DNA of 64,000 nucleotides from contig MU004193.1 in assembly GCA_010093605.1 (NCBI GenBank), forward strand, positions 1,495,520-1,559,519, in the 5' to 3' direction. This DNA comes from Lophium mytilinum. Its lineage: Eukaryota. The position numbers were made by a program, and so were the translations under genes. Positions 1-13,392 of the stretch are shown here, in pieces (within the stretch, counting starts at the first letter, position 1; each line of letters starts with the position of its first letter). The notes under the pieces were generated by a model, which saw only the letters and a list, made by a program, of their open reading frames with translations, did not search any database and was not told where the DNA came from.

Positions 1-1449
1 TATCATTACCGGCCCACCAGATGGTCGGGTTAGCAACGATTGGGTACACACGCTCGTCGAGGGAGAGAGAGGTGGAATTGGGGTTGACGGCTGTGACGCC
101 TTGCATCCCGTAGTTCTCCATGAGCATAACGGAGGTGTTGAAGCGCGTATCGGCCGTCATTTTGGTGAAGACTTCGAAAGCTTTCCGGGCTACCGTGGCA
201 TTCCATACTGGCAGGGAGGCTCCAGCACCCAGGGCGTTGAGGTTTGCTCGGCATGCGGTACTGTTCAGATTGTTCTGGGTCACGGTGTATAATGCGACGT
301 AGTCGACATCCGTTGATACTGACGTTGAGATAGGGCCAACGGCTTTGAAAGGCGCAACATATTGCGCGGCCTCGGCCTCGTTACCCTCGTAGCCAATCGT
401 GTATGCAATTATGGGCTAGACCTGGGTGTCAAAAAAGACTGACTAGAATAGAATTGGGAAACACTGACATATTTGGCATCGATGGGCGGGACCCTGGTCC
501 AAACGCCGGTAAAAAACAGTTTCGCCGGACGGGTAGGGCTGCTGTCCTGTTCATTGATGACGGGGAGCAAAGTCTCAAGTTTGCTCTGGTCGTAGATGAG
601 CGAGTACACGGTCCAGTTGCTCGTGATGTCGTAAATGGCGAGCTTCATGCTCGTCACCACAGCGAAGTTGTGGCCTGCACCCCGTAATGCCCAGAAGAGA
701 TCTGCATGGCTGGTGTTCGAGGCCGTGAGAGCTGTTCCGTTTGCGAGAACAACATTGGCAGAGACGATGTTATCGAGCGAGAAACCGTGTTGGTTTTGGA
801 GCATGGAGTGACCACCACCCATGAGAGGGCCGATCACTGACACGCATTCGCAGAGCCCAGTCACTGTTGGTTCCTCGTCAGCAGGCGCGCACATGGGATG
901 ACAGGGACACCCTCACCTGCTTGTTTGTTATGCGCGAAGAGCTCCCTGGTAATCTCATACTGCAGAGTGCCGCCTCCCACCGTGGCAGTCTTGCCTCCAG
1001 CGTCAACTGTGGTGGTGTTCAACCTGCGCATATTAATCTGGATTCCATTCGGCAGGTTGTTGAGCGTCTTGGTCCAGCCATGGGTCCCTGCGCGCACAAG
1101 TTAGGCGCATCGCTCAGTGGCTGCTCTGGAATGACATACCGGACACAGTGAGGAAAGGAATGCCATGTTCGTGTGCGACTTGCACGGTTTTTTGGACATC
1201 ACCCTCGGTGCCAACCTCGACTACGACGTTGTAGTTGGGGTAGATACGAGGCGACGAACCCCGGACGAGCAGCTCGGCCCAATCAGGGTCATGGGGATAG
1301 ACAATCGCGGCTTTGTTGGAAAGCTGTGGCTCCAATGCCGCGCATGCAGCTTTCAGATCTTCAGCACGGGGTGTGAGTGGGTGCGCAGACACAGGAGCTG
1401 GAAGGCTGCCCAACCCCAGCCATGCGGCGAAGGCGACGAGAACGTGCAT
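1..1449 (-). CDS. Secreted FAD-linked oxidoreductase (FAD_binding_4/BBE-like), 3' end outside the window; at least 3 introns
   Basis: Signal peptide MHVLVAFAAWLGLG. Spliced segments give SGTHGW (FAD-attachment His region), ATVGGG, GPLMGGGHS..HGFSLDNIVSANVVLANG and DLFWALRGAGHNFAVVT. The frame stays open to base 1 (..PIVANPTIWWAGND). Confidence 0.9.
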
Positions 1450-2870
1450 GATGCTCCTGCGGAGAGATGGTGAAACTCAGTTGGTATCGCAGCCGCACGA
1501 CGTGCAGATGTGAAAAGGAAAAAGAGGGAGGTGAGTGGTGGGCGGCACTGGGAGCAGCTGGGGGCTCCTTCAAACTTGTGCCCTGCGCGGAAGGCCGACG
1601 CCTGAGACTACTGCGTTCCTTCGCGACGCTGTTGCAGCAACGCCGTATGGCGACTAGTGCTAGTACACGGCACGCATCGCGGGAAGCGCATCCGCGCCCA
1701 GCCTACAGTCTCCCCCATGTACGGGCGCCGCTTGTCAATGCTAGAACAAGGGTCAATTGCGCTGTAAAAAGCCTTGACCGAGCCTTGACCGGCGGCGCCC
1801 AGCCTGCATACTTCTGTGTGCAGTTTAGCGACGGTGCAGAGTGGCAGTCTCGGCAAAGCGTGGCTTGCTTTTGCAGCTTCCCACCAATATCATGGCGCTC
1901 GGTGCTTGACTCGACGTCGTCCTGCAGCATGCAGACGCTCAAATCTAGGTACGCGACCGGCGGTCGGGTTCGAGCAGGGGACATTCTTGAAGAGCTGAAG
2001 CGAGGCGAGGTGGCTGCGGGCGAAGGAAGGAGGGGCATGCAGCTTAGGTGTGATACCATAATGTTGGTAGCGATAACATCTGTACCACGTATAGCTTTAG
2101 ATTCAGATCGGGTGGGGCTTCTCGGCCTGCGATTTGGTTGGGCGGCGAGGAATGCGATGATGGGTTCTGACAAGAAAGCTCCCAGTTAATGGCAGAGACA
2201 AACCGACGGTCGTACCGTGATGAAGGATCCCCAGGGTTCGAGGTTGGTGACGGGCTGGGGACCCTGTTACGCGGCGCACCCATGGTGATGAGCTCGGTGG
2301 CGTAGAATATGTAGGTGGCACAGTAAGCTAATTAACGCAAGAACCAAGGAGAAGAATCCTTCCGAGACGCCATGAAACGGACCAATTAATGGATGCTCAG
2401 CAGGAAAGCAGACGAACGCCCGACTAACGTCATGCGGTGCAGCCAGGCAGCGTGTCGTGACAACGCGGCGCAGAGATAGGGAGTGACCGCCGTGGGGTTT
2501 GCCCAGGAGGGGTGACAGGGCGTCGCGATATGCAGTGGCCCGTGAGGCGCGGAGGACCCGGCGGGACGGATGTCCCGCCCCTAGTCGAGAGCCAGAGCTT
2601 GACTGCGGCAGCGCTCGCGTCGCCGTCGCTCGGTGGGGATGGGATTTGCGGGCCCCGGCAGCTCGAGGGGAAGGTACACATCCGCGCGCAAAACCGGGGT
2701 TTTAACTCTGAGAAACCCATGTTTTGCGCACCGAGGTGTCCAGTCCAGTCCGTACAGGGGGGAGACTGTATATCCTTCTTCCCAGGTCCTTATCATTCAG
2801 ATCCGAAGATCACCGTTGCTACAACCTCCTTCTGTTGCGAGCCTCTGATCCTGACTCCACCGTATCCATC

Positions 2871-4071
2871 ATGACTGCACAACAGAGCGGTGGCCTGCAC
2901 ATGGGCCCTCTTCAAACTACAGTCGAAGTCGTGGCCTTCGTCGCCTTTACGGGCATGGCGTGTAAGTGCAGATTCTCACCGCCGTTCGCCAGGCTCCTTC
3001 TCGCGAGCCAGGATGCTAATACTTTCTCCTCCAAGGGTTCAATGCTGTAGAGCTTCTTTTGACAATCTTCCTTTCCTTCAACCGATGGTGGGGCCGTTAC
3101 TTCACCTGTCTCGTTGTGGCCTCGGCTGGAGTACTCGTCTACCAAGTCTTTGTCTTTTTGCAGACGTTCGATCCGTCTCTGAACACCTACGCGGTGACTG
3201 CGGCCATTGACGTCGGATGGTCGTGCATGGTGACTGGACAGTCGCTCGTATTGTGGAGTCGGCTGCATCTTGTCAGCCGTAACACCTGGATGCTGCGAGC
3301 AATTCTCAGCATGATCGTCTTTAACGCCATCTGTCTTCACATCCCGCAAACTGGTTTCTCTTTAGCTGTGAGTCTACTTCGCGCTTTGTCCAAGCATGAG
3401 ACGCTGAGCTGATGATGCTTTAGGCCATCGACGCCAAAACGAATACCCTCAATCCCCTCTACAAGCCTTTTGACATTATGGAGAAGATTTCCATCTCCGT
3501 GTTCACGGCGCAAGAACTGATCATCTCCTCCGTCTACCTTTGGGAAACCGTGCGCATCCTGCGCGTCGGCGAAATGGTGCGGAAGAAATCAAATATCCGG
3601 CGGATCCAACTGCTTTTCCTCGCAAACATCGCCATCATTTCGGTCGACATCATTACCATCTCGCTCGAGATGAGTTCACTATGGGGCGTGTGGTGCAGTT
3701 TCAAGGGCTTTGGATACAGTATGAAGCTCAAGATCGAATTTGCAATTCTCACCCAGCTCCGCGAGTCGGTTAAGTCGTCGACTGAAGGCAGTAGCTCTCA
3801 CGGTGGTGGGTTCCGTAGTGCCAAGAGCGATAAGGACATTTCACTCTCAAGCCGGCCACACGCCTGGCACAGAAAGAGTGCGAAACCATCGGGGCTGGCA
3901 CTAGAAAGACGTACCTTTGATCAGATTGAGGATGAGGAGAGAATCACAAAGACAACGGAGATCTCTATCAAGCACGACGAAATTACAAAGGCAGATGCGG
4001 TCGCACACCCACAAGAATATCCACTCAGCGAAGCTTCATCCGAGGTTGGTTTCGCAACGAAAGGGAAATAG
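2871..4071 (+). CDS. Fungal integral membrane protein (multi-TM, uncharacterised family), 2 introns
   Basis: ATG at 2871; GTAAGT intron ~2962-3036 and GTGAGT intron ~3368-3423 join hydrophobic segments (YFTCLVVAS, VTGQSLVLWSRLHLV, MEKISISVFTAQELIISSVYLWET, YSMKLKIEFAILTQL) and a polar C-terminal tail. Confidence 0.85.
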
Positions 4072-7000
4072 ACCCTGATTTTGATTGACCTGGTGCGGCA
4101 ACGATGCCATTGGCTCCCATAGATTTCAGGGGTGTGGCATGCGCTATATTTATCCTTAAGGGTTGCCGCTGTGTTTTCTTAGTAGTATATTATCAGAGGT
4201 CCATGTATGTTTAGAAGCTCGAGTCTTCGAGCTTCACGATGTTACGTGGCATGCTGATTGCGACCTTTATGCCACCTCTCCCAGCGCAGAGTCGACTGCT
4301 ATTTAAGCTTGATCTTCACTGAAACACTCGACGTGGATGGTTTTTTAATGATAACGAAGAAGGACCAGTCTCAAGGGAAAACCAGGCGGTATAGGAGAGG
4401 CTACCCGGCGGTAAGACCTACTAGCGGACAGATGCGCGGCAACGGGAAAGAGGCAGGAAGAGCCTTAGGCGAGGAGGTTACGGCGCTGGGAACTACGTAA
4501 CCTAAGCAAGTACTCCTAGTACTCTTACTTAGTATAAGAATTAGAAAGAGTCAAAATATTTCTATCAACTTCTTCCGCGAAGAGGATTATTTGGATAGGA
4601 AAATCGGGAAGATTGCGCAGCAGGAGAGCAATAACGCCCTACAGCTACAGGCAACGATAGACTTTAGAGGAATCTCAACGTTGGAAGCCATCCAGAGTCT
4701 CGTCAAACGGGTGAAGACAGCGGAAGACGATGCGCGAAGGGATGCGCGGCGCAAGCGTTTAATCGATGACGTCGCGCATAAACTGGGACGTTTTGATCCT
4801 AATGACTTCGCGGAGCAAGACGAAATTCAAGGTAATTAGAGCGTGTGTGTAACGGCACAATAGGAGGATCACGAGGAAGCGTAGCTAAGGTGGTGACTAT
4901 ACGAGGTATCTATGAAGAGAGACGAAGGAGCGGAGCCGTAGCCGTAGGGGTCAGGTGCCAAGAGGCCGGGCCGACTCTCCCTCCATGGTCATGTGCTGCG
5001 CACGTGATGGAGGATTCGGAGTCGAGGCCGACGTCGCGTTGCGGCCATGACAGTGTGCGACTACTTCTCAATCAAGAGGGTTCTAATAATTATAGCGACG
5101 GACCCCTCACAGAGTAGACCCAGCTGGAGTGCTTCCTATCTGGTCCAATAACGGTCACCTGAATTAGAACCTAGGTGCGCTTTTAGCTCGTCTACTCTGC
5201 AGGGGGCCAAATTCGTGACCTAGGACAGATTTGAGGCTCCTCGCTAAAACTTAACATTTTCTAGTAGGTACATCTGAGACAGCCCCGCAGCAGGTGAGCG
5301 AAGGTGAGCAGACTGGAGCACACCTCAACCGAAGCTGAGCCGGGCCTGAGCCAACCTCACCTGCAGCGGCAGCGGACTACATGATCAGTGGGGTCAGAGG
5401 GTGTGCACATTGGGGTGGTATACCACGTAATTTGACCTGTCCAAGTCGATCCTTCAAGTACAATACTTTCAACCCGTGACATTTGGATTCTACCATCAGA
5501 TCTCATAACTAGACCCGGATCTACCTCACCACTGCCACGATACTATATTTGGATGATAGCGTGAATGCCACAAATCACGTGCAATTCGACATCCATTAGT
5601 CGAATATGCCCATAACTCCTCTTCTTGAAGCTAGCGAGATTGACCCTTTCGGTCACTTTCTAGTCTTTCAGACCCATCCCATCACCGCTGTGCCGCCACT
5701 CCAGAAATCTACTCATCTCCTCATTCGAACATGCAAGGGGCCGGATGCATTGGTCAAATTTAGACTAGTGTGTGTGTGGCTGAATGAGGCGTCACCCCTC
5801 GACGACATGCCTTCGCACCACCAGCCCTAAACACCGCCTTTTGCTATCACGAGTGCCACAGGATCATCTCTCCTCACTTTTTGAGTGCCAGTCGGACAAA
5901 GAGCCGGGTGTCCAGACACAGACCGGGTCCGCCGCCGCGTACTTCCCGTCACCTACACAGCCCACTGATGAGCGAGTCCCTTCCACCGGCCAGCATGTTA
6001 CTGTCAACCAGACCGGCTGCTGAATGCTCATGTGCTCTGTCCCTCCTCGGGGGCCCCCGACTTCGGGCCGGCGGGACCATACACCGGATATGGTAAGCCG
6101 ATGATAGCGCAAGGCTGCCATATATCTCAGCCTGGCGCACCGGAATAGCAAGAGGCGCCGTAATCGCCTTCTCCCGCTGAGGCGGCCCAGCGCTTTGTAT
6201 ATCAATAATCCGCAGTACTCTAGCACACGTCATCCCGTTATCGATGCCGTGAAGTAGGCGTTGGGCGTCGGAAAAATCCTTCCTCCGTGGCTTAGCAATT
6301 TCCTATGTCACCTGGGTAATAACATCGTAGAAGCAAGCCCTGGAATGAGGTTAGGGAGACGCTAAGGGTATGACTCCATGAACCCCTCGAGTATCGTTGA
6401 CAGCGAGTTTGGATGACGGCGCTGCGTCGAGAGCTTTAAGAAACATCTAGGAGTCGCGCTCCCTATTTCGACTCTGTAGGTACATCATGGCAGCGGCCGT
6501 TCCTGGCCCCCGCGTCTACTATCTCTTTGATCTGCAGATTAAGCCCCCTGCGCGTCAGATGCTCCAATCGGAGTGAGGCCCCAGTCGAGTGGCACCACGA
6601 CTCGCACTACATCACCAGACTCTCCGTCTGCCCCGGTGAGGAAGGCATATACTATGGAAATCCTGCAATTGACCGCTCTCAAGTCATGGGGTTTTTATAC
6701 AGCGCGCGATTGGCGCGCGCAATGCCCGTCTATAGCACTGAGGCAGTGCTAACCGCGCTTCTTCGACGTGAGGCTGCTGTGCACCGTCAAATTTTCACTA
6801 TTTTGGGCGTTGAAGCGACCATAGTCTTCCTCCTCATGGGCATTTGGTTTGATAGCTTCATCGCAAGGCATTCACCATGTTTCCGCCTCTTCAGGCTACT
6901 CTCCTCGCGCCAGGGCGGCGAGGAAGCACGGATTTTCAGGTATCATTCTCCTTTTTCTGGCATCGACATTTGAAGTTTCTGCTTCTTAGACGCCCTCAAC

Positions 7001-7590
7001 GTCGTCTTTATATACCCCCTTCTCTCACCGCAGAATGCATCCTCACCCACCTCACTCCATCTTTCAGCTGCTATTACAACCCGTTTCCCGATCTGCTCAG
7101 GCTTTCTTCTCACCGAACGCTCGAAACTCTCCCGTTACGTTTTCCCGTCGATAGATTTATCCTAGGATCCAGCGCCGCTGTGTTCGCCGTCTTCAGCTTG
7201 CAGTTTCAAAGCCCTTCGTCTTTCCTCAGGCCCCATAGTCACATCCTCCAAGCGTGTCATCCCAAGTCAACCCGATTGCAGCGGTTCCCTACTGCACCAC
7301 TCACCGGCATCTCTCTGGCATTCCAGTACCCAACGCTCTCCTAGATAGCCTACGGCGTCGTCTATAAGCGGCTAAGCTACATTTTCGTACCTCTCACAGC
7401 TTCCGCTCTGCCTCAAGTCTCCGTGGCACTGGACCTTTTCCATCTGCCGGTTTCCTCTGCGTACGTTCGCTATTTACGGTCACCGTAAGCGGAACTCGCT
7501 CGCCAGTCTCACCAAGAAGAAGAATCCTGAGTCCTCGTCTCCAAGCCGCTCCAAGGCATCCTCTTCACTCATCCTGTCCCAATCGTCATC

Positions 7591-8010
7591 ATGGCAGACC
7601 GTGTCCCTGCAGATCTATGGGTCTGCTGCCAGTGCAACACAGGCAACACCATTAGCATCCACGCCGCTTGTCCCGCACCCTGCACTCATGTAAGGTGCGG
7701 GTCCTGCAAGAACCCTGGGGATGCTTACACCGCTGCTCCTGGTCTCTTCCCTTCCATGAACTCCCTCAACTATGACTCTGCTCCGGGATCTCTGAGAGAG
7801 TCTCCCGTTCTTGCCCATTTTACCTATGCTCAGCCACCCAAGAACGCTTTCTGTCCTGCTGTTGTCCCCATCTTCGCCGCTCCAATCTTTACAGTTCCTG
7901 GAGACATGTGGAAGTGCTGTGCCTGCGGGGGGGAAAACCTCTCCGACAATGCCCCTGAACGCTGCCCTCTGTGTTCTCACTTTAGATGCTCGGATTGCGA
8001 GAATCTCTAG
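7591..8010 (+). CDS. 139-aa protein with two WxCCxC..N..CP..CxHxRCxxC motifs (probable double zinc-binding modules)
   Basis: Good start context (gtcatcATGG); the same Cys/His motif occurs at the N- and C-terminus; pyrimidine-rich leader upstream. Confidence 0.8.
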   Translation: MADRVPADLWVCCQCNTGNTISIHAACPAPCTHVRCGSCKNPGDAYTAAPGLFPSMNSLNYDSAPGSLRESPVLAHFTYAQPPKNAFCPAVVPIFAAPIFTVPGDMWKCCACGGENLSDNAPERCPLCSHFRCSDCENL

Positions 8011-9050
8011 TGTAACATGTCTAGCGCGTTCTCTTCGGCTGTATCGATGGTGCCCTTCTCGCAACCTGCCAAGACAACGCCTTATCATCCGAATTGCCTT
8101 CGGATACTCGCATCGGATGATCCCTGTGCGCATAACGCCCTGCTTTTCTTGAGTTCTCTACCCTCCATGTCTTCCAGTTCCCCCACTGTCGTTACCATCA
8201 CTTCCCGTAGTTTCTTGTCCATGTTTTCCTTTTAAGATACCCTAGACTGCTTTTATCTCCTTTCCCGCCTCTAGTTTCTTCCTTTGCAACGTAACGGTCT
8301 CCCCCTAGTGTCTTCTATTCCCGTGCTCCTTTTGTTCTCTTCTTACTGGTTCTGAGGTCTTGTTTCTGCTTTAGCGTTAGACATTTTTATGATACCCTAG
8401 ACACTGGCACTGGCTGGAGTTTGCGTTGCTTTTAATAAAAACCCCACAGTCTTTTCCGATCCTTTCCTTGCGTGGCGTGACGATACATTTTACAACCCCT
8501 GCATCTATCTGACTTCAGAAGGTACTATACCTTGATACAGCATTACCCTTTTCAACGAATCGAATATCCACCATTGCGGACTTCATGCCTAGCTCCGACT
8601 TCCGAGTATACGGTAGGCCAGGTCAAGCAATATCAGGCATAGGGCAACAGCGCATAACTTCTGCACTTCTAATTTCACGCAGCCCAGGTATGCTCTCAGT
8701 TTCCAATGCAATGCATCCTTCAGAAGCTGGATACAAAGCGGAGGTTGTTAGGGTAGCTACTCTACCTTGTCCAGGACACCGAACACCAAGAAACCCCATC
8801 AAACCAACCTTAGTCCGCATCCTATGCCCGTCTCGTTAACACAATCATGGCTGCCATTACCTCCTCCGCAATCTCAACGCTATCACCCAACACCCCGCAT
8901 CCGCATTGTACAAGTAAGACACATCTCACCTGCTTGATATAGCACATAAACGCACAACGCTGCCCGCCTCCCATATCCTTGTGAACTAACATTGTTATAT
9001 ACTCCACCCCATCAGCAGTATTGTATAGAATCCCACCTGACTCATGCACA

Positions 9051-10415
9051 ATGCCTCAGAAGCGTGCGCATAAAACAATCTTCCATCAGCCCATCCAGCG
9101 CCAAATTTCCAAACCCCACATTTCAAACATACCACAAAACGCAACATTCAAACACACCACTCTTCAAACAGAAGCACCTCTAAGAATGTTCGATTACCAC
9201 ATCTCCTCGCGTAGCGTGCCCTACGCCTACAACCCCCTCGATGGCGGACCCATTGTCCCCATCGACCATTACAACATCACCCACCGGCCACAGTACATGG
9301 GAATTCCCGTACTCTCCAAACTCCCTGAACTGACCTGCGAAATCTTCCCGTGCAGGCACTGGAAGCTCTCCAAATCCGACGGCACCACCAAACAAACCCG
9401 CGAGGAGCTCTACCTCAAAGAGCTCCTGCACCACCCTCTTCCCCGCGCTCCCGGCATCCGGGATTACGTGTTCTCAGAAAATGGCTGCGAGAACCCTGCG
9501 TGCCGTGGCGAGCCCATGGCTAGGAGGAAGCAGCGTAATTGGAAGAAGAACCACAATGGTTGGCGGCTGCTCGCTTTGTATAAAGGGGCGGAGCAGACCA
9601 TCATGGTCAAGGCCGAAGAACTTGTCCAGCGGATTCAGTTCCGGCAGGAGCTAGTACGAAAAATCCGCGATCCCAAGCTTCGGTTCTTCGTCTTTGACGA
9701 GGAACGGAGCTGGGATGAGAAGGTCTGGGTGTACCTCTGGGACGAGCTAGTGGCTGTCCAGGGGAGCCAGACGGCGATGTGGAAAGCCCTGAAGAAGGGC
9801 GAGATGGTCGTCGAGGGTGAAGGGGTTGCTGGCGCGATGCGAGATGGGCTGCGGAAGGCGGCTGAGAAGGTGCGGGTGCTGGAGGTGCTGGCACTGAATC
9901 TTCGGGAGTGGGAGGAGGATCCGGTTGATACGATCTTGCCCTTGCGGATCGAGGAGATCGGCTCTCAGCTGGATTACCCATCGCCTCTAGGTGATTGGGT
10001 AGATGAGGGGCTCGAGAAGCTGCTTACTCCAGACCCAGAGTCCTTCGAAGTCATGGACGAGAGCGGCGTCGAGGATAGTGACGATGATGATGATATCGAA
10101 ATCATCATCGAGCTTCCTGAAGAGGCAAAGATTTCAGCGAAGAAATCCGCGGCATTTGGTAGGTCCATCCTCGCTCGAAAGTTTGGAGAGAAGAAGCTGG
10201 CCGCGAGGCCAGGGCGGATCACCCCAGCAGTCCCAGAGTTCCGTCTTTTGTTCCCACTAATATGGGAGCGGAAGAACGGGAAGGCTCCTGTTGCGGTCGA
10301 GAAGCCTGTTGGGGTCAGGAAGCCCGCGAGGAAAGACTCGGGAAAGACGAGGAATAATCGAAAGAAGAAGAAAAACGCGCTCCATAAAGCGCTATCTTCT
10401 GATGTCGCCCCTTAA
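9051..10415 (+). CDS. Hypothetical protein (~455 aa), acidic patch and Lys-rich C-terminus
   Basis: Long uninterrupted ORF with biased codon usage. Start uncertain (ATG 9051 or 9187). No family recognised. Confidence 0.7.
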   Translation: MPQKRAHKTIFHQPIQRQISKPHISNIPQNATFKHTTLQTEAPLRMFDYHISSRSVPYAYNPLDGGPIVPIDHYNITHRPQYMGIPVLSKLPELTCEIFPCRHWKLSKSDGTTKQTREELYLKELLHHPLPRAPGIRDYVFSENGCENPACRGEPMARRKQRNWKKNHNGWRLLALYKGAEQTIMVKAEELVQRIQFRQELVRKIRDPKLRFFVFDEERSWDEKVWVYLWDELVAVQGSQTAMWKALKKGEMVVEGEGVAGAMRDGLRKAAEKVRVLEVLALNLREWEEDPVDTILPLRIEEIGSQLDYPSPLGDWVDEGLEKLLTPDPESFEVMDESGVEDSDDDDDIEIIIELPEEAKISAKKSAAFGRSILARKFGEKKLAARPGRITPAVPEFRLLFPLIWERKNGKAPVAVEKPVGVRKPARKDSGKTRNNRKKKKNALHKALSSDVAP

Positions 10416-11430
10416 TTTCTTGGTGGTGGTCCTGTTCCAAGGAGCCGGCGGCAGACAGGTAGGAAGGTAAATCTTTTCCCTTTCCCTGTATTGAATAGTT
10501 CAAGGCCAGATGATCAGCGTTTTCCACGTTCGGATAACGGGAGGTTAAATTCATGTAGCGTCCCGGTTTCCAGAGTCATTGAATTTCGTAACAAGAAACA
10601 GAAGAACCAAAAGAGAAATAGAAAATGTAGAAGGATGAGCTGGTCTCGTCCGTTTCAAAGCAATCGAAGTTTCCAAATGAACAGCGTGATAGTGAAACAA
10701 TATAAATGACTCTTGAGTGATCACACAGCAGAAAACCTAAAATTAGTAGTGTAAAGATCACATCAGAAGTGTCACCTTGGCCAAGGGGAGGGCTAAACCA
10801 AACGAGTTCATTCCTTCAAAGAGCTACATACACCCTCATGTTCTAAACACACGAGGAAGGTTACAACCATAGGCAGAATAACAGCGTTCTTTGTCCATGG
10901 GATTGGATGATACAAAGTTTTTGGTTTAAGGATTTAGCATCCGTTGATTGACTTGGAGGATTGAAGAGTGGGGCTTTGGGGGGGTGGGGTTTGGTTTGGA
11001 CACGCCAGGCACTGTCGCCGTGACACGTATATGGGGGGAAAGAACCTGAAGCGAGTGACCGATACTCCGCTCCGATGAAAATGCAACGGGAAAGCAAAAC
11101 TCGACTATGCACGCTCGGAGTTGGATGGATGATGACTGCAAGACAAATGAAAAAGTGGATGCCGCTCGCTTGACCAGAACCCATGATATCCGTGACGGTG
11201 TGATCCTGACTCTGAGGTGATTTTCCACTTCCCGTCACGAGTGTGATCCGCGCCAAGAAGCACCGCCGACGCTCAGGATATAGAACACAGAGCTGAGACT
11301 GGCGTTAATCAAGAGCTTTGGAAGTCCAGGATCGAAAAGACACTTGGAGAATTTTGAGAAGGCAGAGCCCGAAGAGTAGCAAGGAGAAGAACACGCGAAC
11401 ATGGACGGCCCACCCCGCCCAGTCCAAAAG

Positions 11431-13392
11431 CTACGCTCCGTTGGCAGCCTTGCCACCTCCACGAGCTTGAGTGCCGCTGGTGTGCCTAAGGTTCGGACCT
11501 GGCGGATGATTCTCGTGATAGCCGTTATGAGCGGCGTGCGCTTGCACAGCGTTCTCCACAGAAGCAAGAGCGGGAATGTCGTCGTATTCGTCGTCGTAAT
11601 ACTCTTCCTCTTGCTGGTCCAACGGTGCATTGTCGAGTGGCTGGTCGTATCGCTGATTCGGAGGCGGGTTCTGTGCCTGCTGGCTGGCGTTTGCATTGTT
11701 CTTCGCAGAATTCTTGGTCCCTTTCTTCCCCTTCCGTCCCTTCATCCTCGCTTTCTCCAGCAATCGGCGCTTCTCTGCCAAACGCTTCCGCTCTTTTCTG
11801 TCCTTTATCTCGTATTGTCGCACTAGAGCTTCCGGAGGCGATCCAAAAATGCTCTCGTACTCGCAGAATTCACATATCCAGATATCCTCTCTACTGGGCG
11901 GGTGATGATAGTTGGTATATTCCTGCTGCATCTTGCGTTGGCGAGCGGCTAAAGCATATATCTTCCCGGGTTTGCGTCTCGGCTTCCTAGGCTGCTGCGC
12001 TCCCGGCTGTGCTTGTGGCTGAGGTTTGCCTGACGAGCCTTGCTGGTTCCCGTTCATGTTGGGGCTGGTCTGGGTTCCTTGCGTGGTTCGGGGTTGGGAG
12101 GATTGGGGCTGTCCACCTCTATGTGGGCCCTTGTCTGGCGCGTTCGCGTATTCCCTAGCTTGAAGATTGTCAGGTGGTGCAAAGTTGCCATTCTGTTGCC
12201 CCGGCCAAACCATTTTATTCGCGGAGTCTGACGGTATGCTGAAGGTGAATTGGGAGTTATCGGGCGTCTTGGCGGCTTGCTGCTGCAGCAAGCTGACGTT
12301 CTCGTTCCCAGCTTGGCTTTGCTCCGCCTGAGCGTTGGCAATTGCAGCGGATATGATGCCGCCTTGCTCTGGTGGATTTCCTATAGAAAATCGTTAGCAA
12401 TATAGCAGCCATTCTACCACAAGCTTCACGTGCCTTTGCTCTGCGCACCAGCACCGTTGTAATCCCGCTTCGCACCACTGGTCGTCTTTCCTGCATTCAT
12501 GGCATTCGTGGATGTCCCCAGTACCCGACGCTCCGGTGTCCGTCCGGACCTCGCATAGCGGCCCCGTCCAGCCCCAGATATGCCCGTGCCTGAAGAAGTG
12601 GTTTGCATTGCCGAAGATCCAGAACCATAGTAGTGTCCTACTCCTCCCTCCCCATCTTCGTGTGCCGCAGGATCTCGAGCATGGGAAATGCCCATGCTCG
12701 CCATCTCCGCCGTCAGGTTGTTGTGATGTGCGCTAGTGCTTCCCATATTAGGAATCTTGCGCTTCTTCTTGTTGTTTGTATTTTCGAAAGACTCGTACCC
12801 GTCGGCAGACGATGACGCCGAGCTCGGCTTCGAAAATGCCGCAGAAGTACCCGACTTTGCCCCCAGCAGACTCCGAGAGTATGGTTGTACGCTCGGCGAG
12901 GATTGTAGAGCAGCGGCCCGGTCGTCTTCCTCCTCGTCGCTGTCTAGCTCAGAATGGTCGTGGCCACAGTGGCAGGTATGAGGTTCGTGGTCGCCACGCT
13001 GGACTCGATTCGCGGCAACCCCCGACACCTTGTCAAGCTGGCTATAGGGGAAGCTGAATAGCGGAGCAGAGCTCGGGGGCGCCGGCGGATAGACGATGGA
13101 GTCGGCTTGCTCGGGGGAGAGACGGGCGCGGAGGCGACGCTTTGGAAGAGGTCGAATCGGGCGGTCAGGGTACATGGGCGAGGTGGTGTCGGGCGAATGC
13201 TGCAGTGGTGAAGACCGAGACCACTCGTAGCCTGTGAGTGCGAGGGCAGTAGTCAGCAGGTGTCCGAACGTCTGAGCGATGAGATAGAGCGGCATGATGC
13301 CCACGGTGAAGTCAAACGCAGAGGAGAAATTCGGTTGCGCGGTTGAGGTGGTGCTGGCGGTCGAGATACGCACCCGCAGTGGCTGCTGCCAT
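11431..13392 (-). CDS. Conserved-looking fungal nuclear protein of unknown function, 2 introns
   Basis: ATG 13392; intron ~13373-13233 (GTGCGT..GCTGAC..CAG); second intron ending at 12381. Motifs PDRPIRPLPKRRLR, DGYESFENTNNKKKRKIP, GIISAAIANA, WICEFCEYESIFG, then a basic coiled coil. Confidence 0.85.

Noticed and set aside
1467..2874. Overlapping ORFs of up to 240 aa in the divergent promoter region
   Set aside because: GC-rich chance ORFs without codon bias or recognisable motifs.
4214..4235. 9-bp hairpin GAAGCTCGA/TCGAGCTTC as a Helitron 3' end
   Set aside because: No CTRR terminus at the expected distance and no other Helitron features.
8715..8790. Additional single 108-bp family copy (GGAGGTTGTTAGGGTAGCTACTCTAC); weaker hints at ~5160, ~51600 and ~58640-58770
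   Set aside because: Similarity is short and gapped with no confirmed periodicity; needs a profile search.
12381..12450. GC-AG intron (AAG|GCACGT) in the 11431-13392 gene
   Set aside because: A same-phase GT donor (G|GTGCGC) lies a few codons upstream, so this cannot be decided without transcripts.
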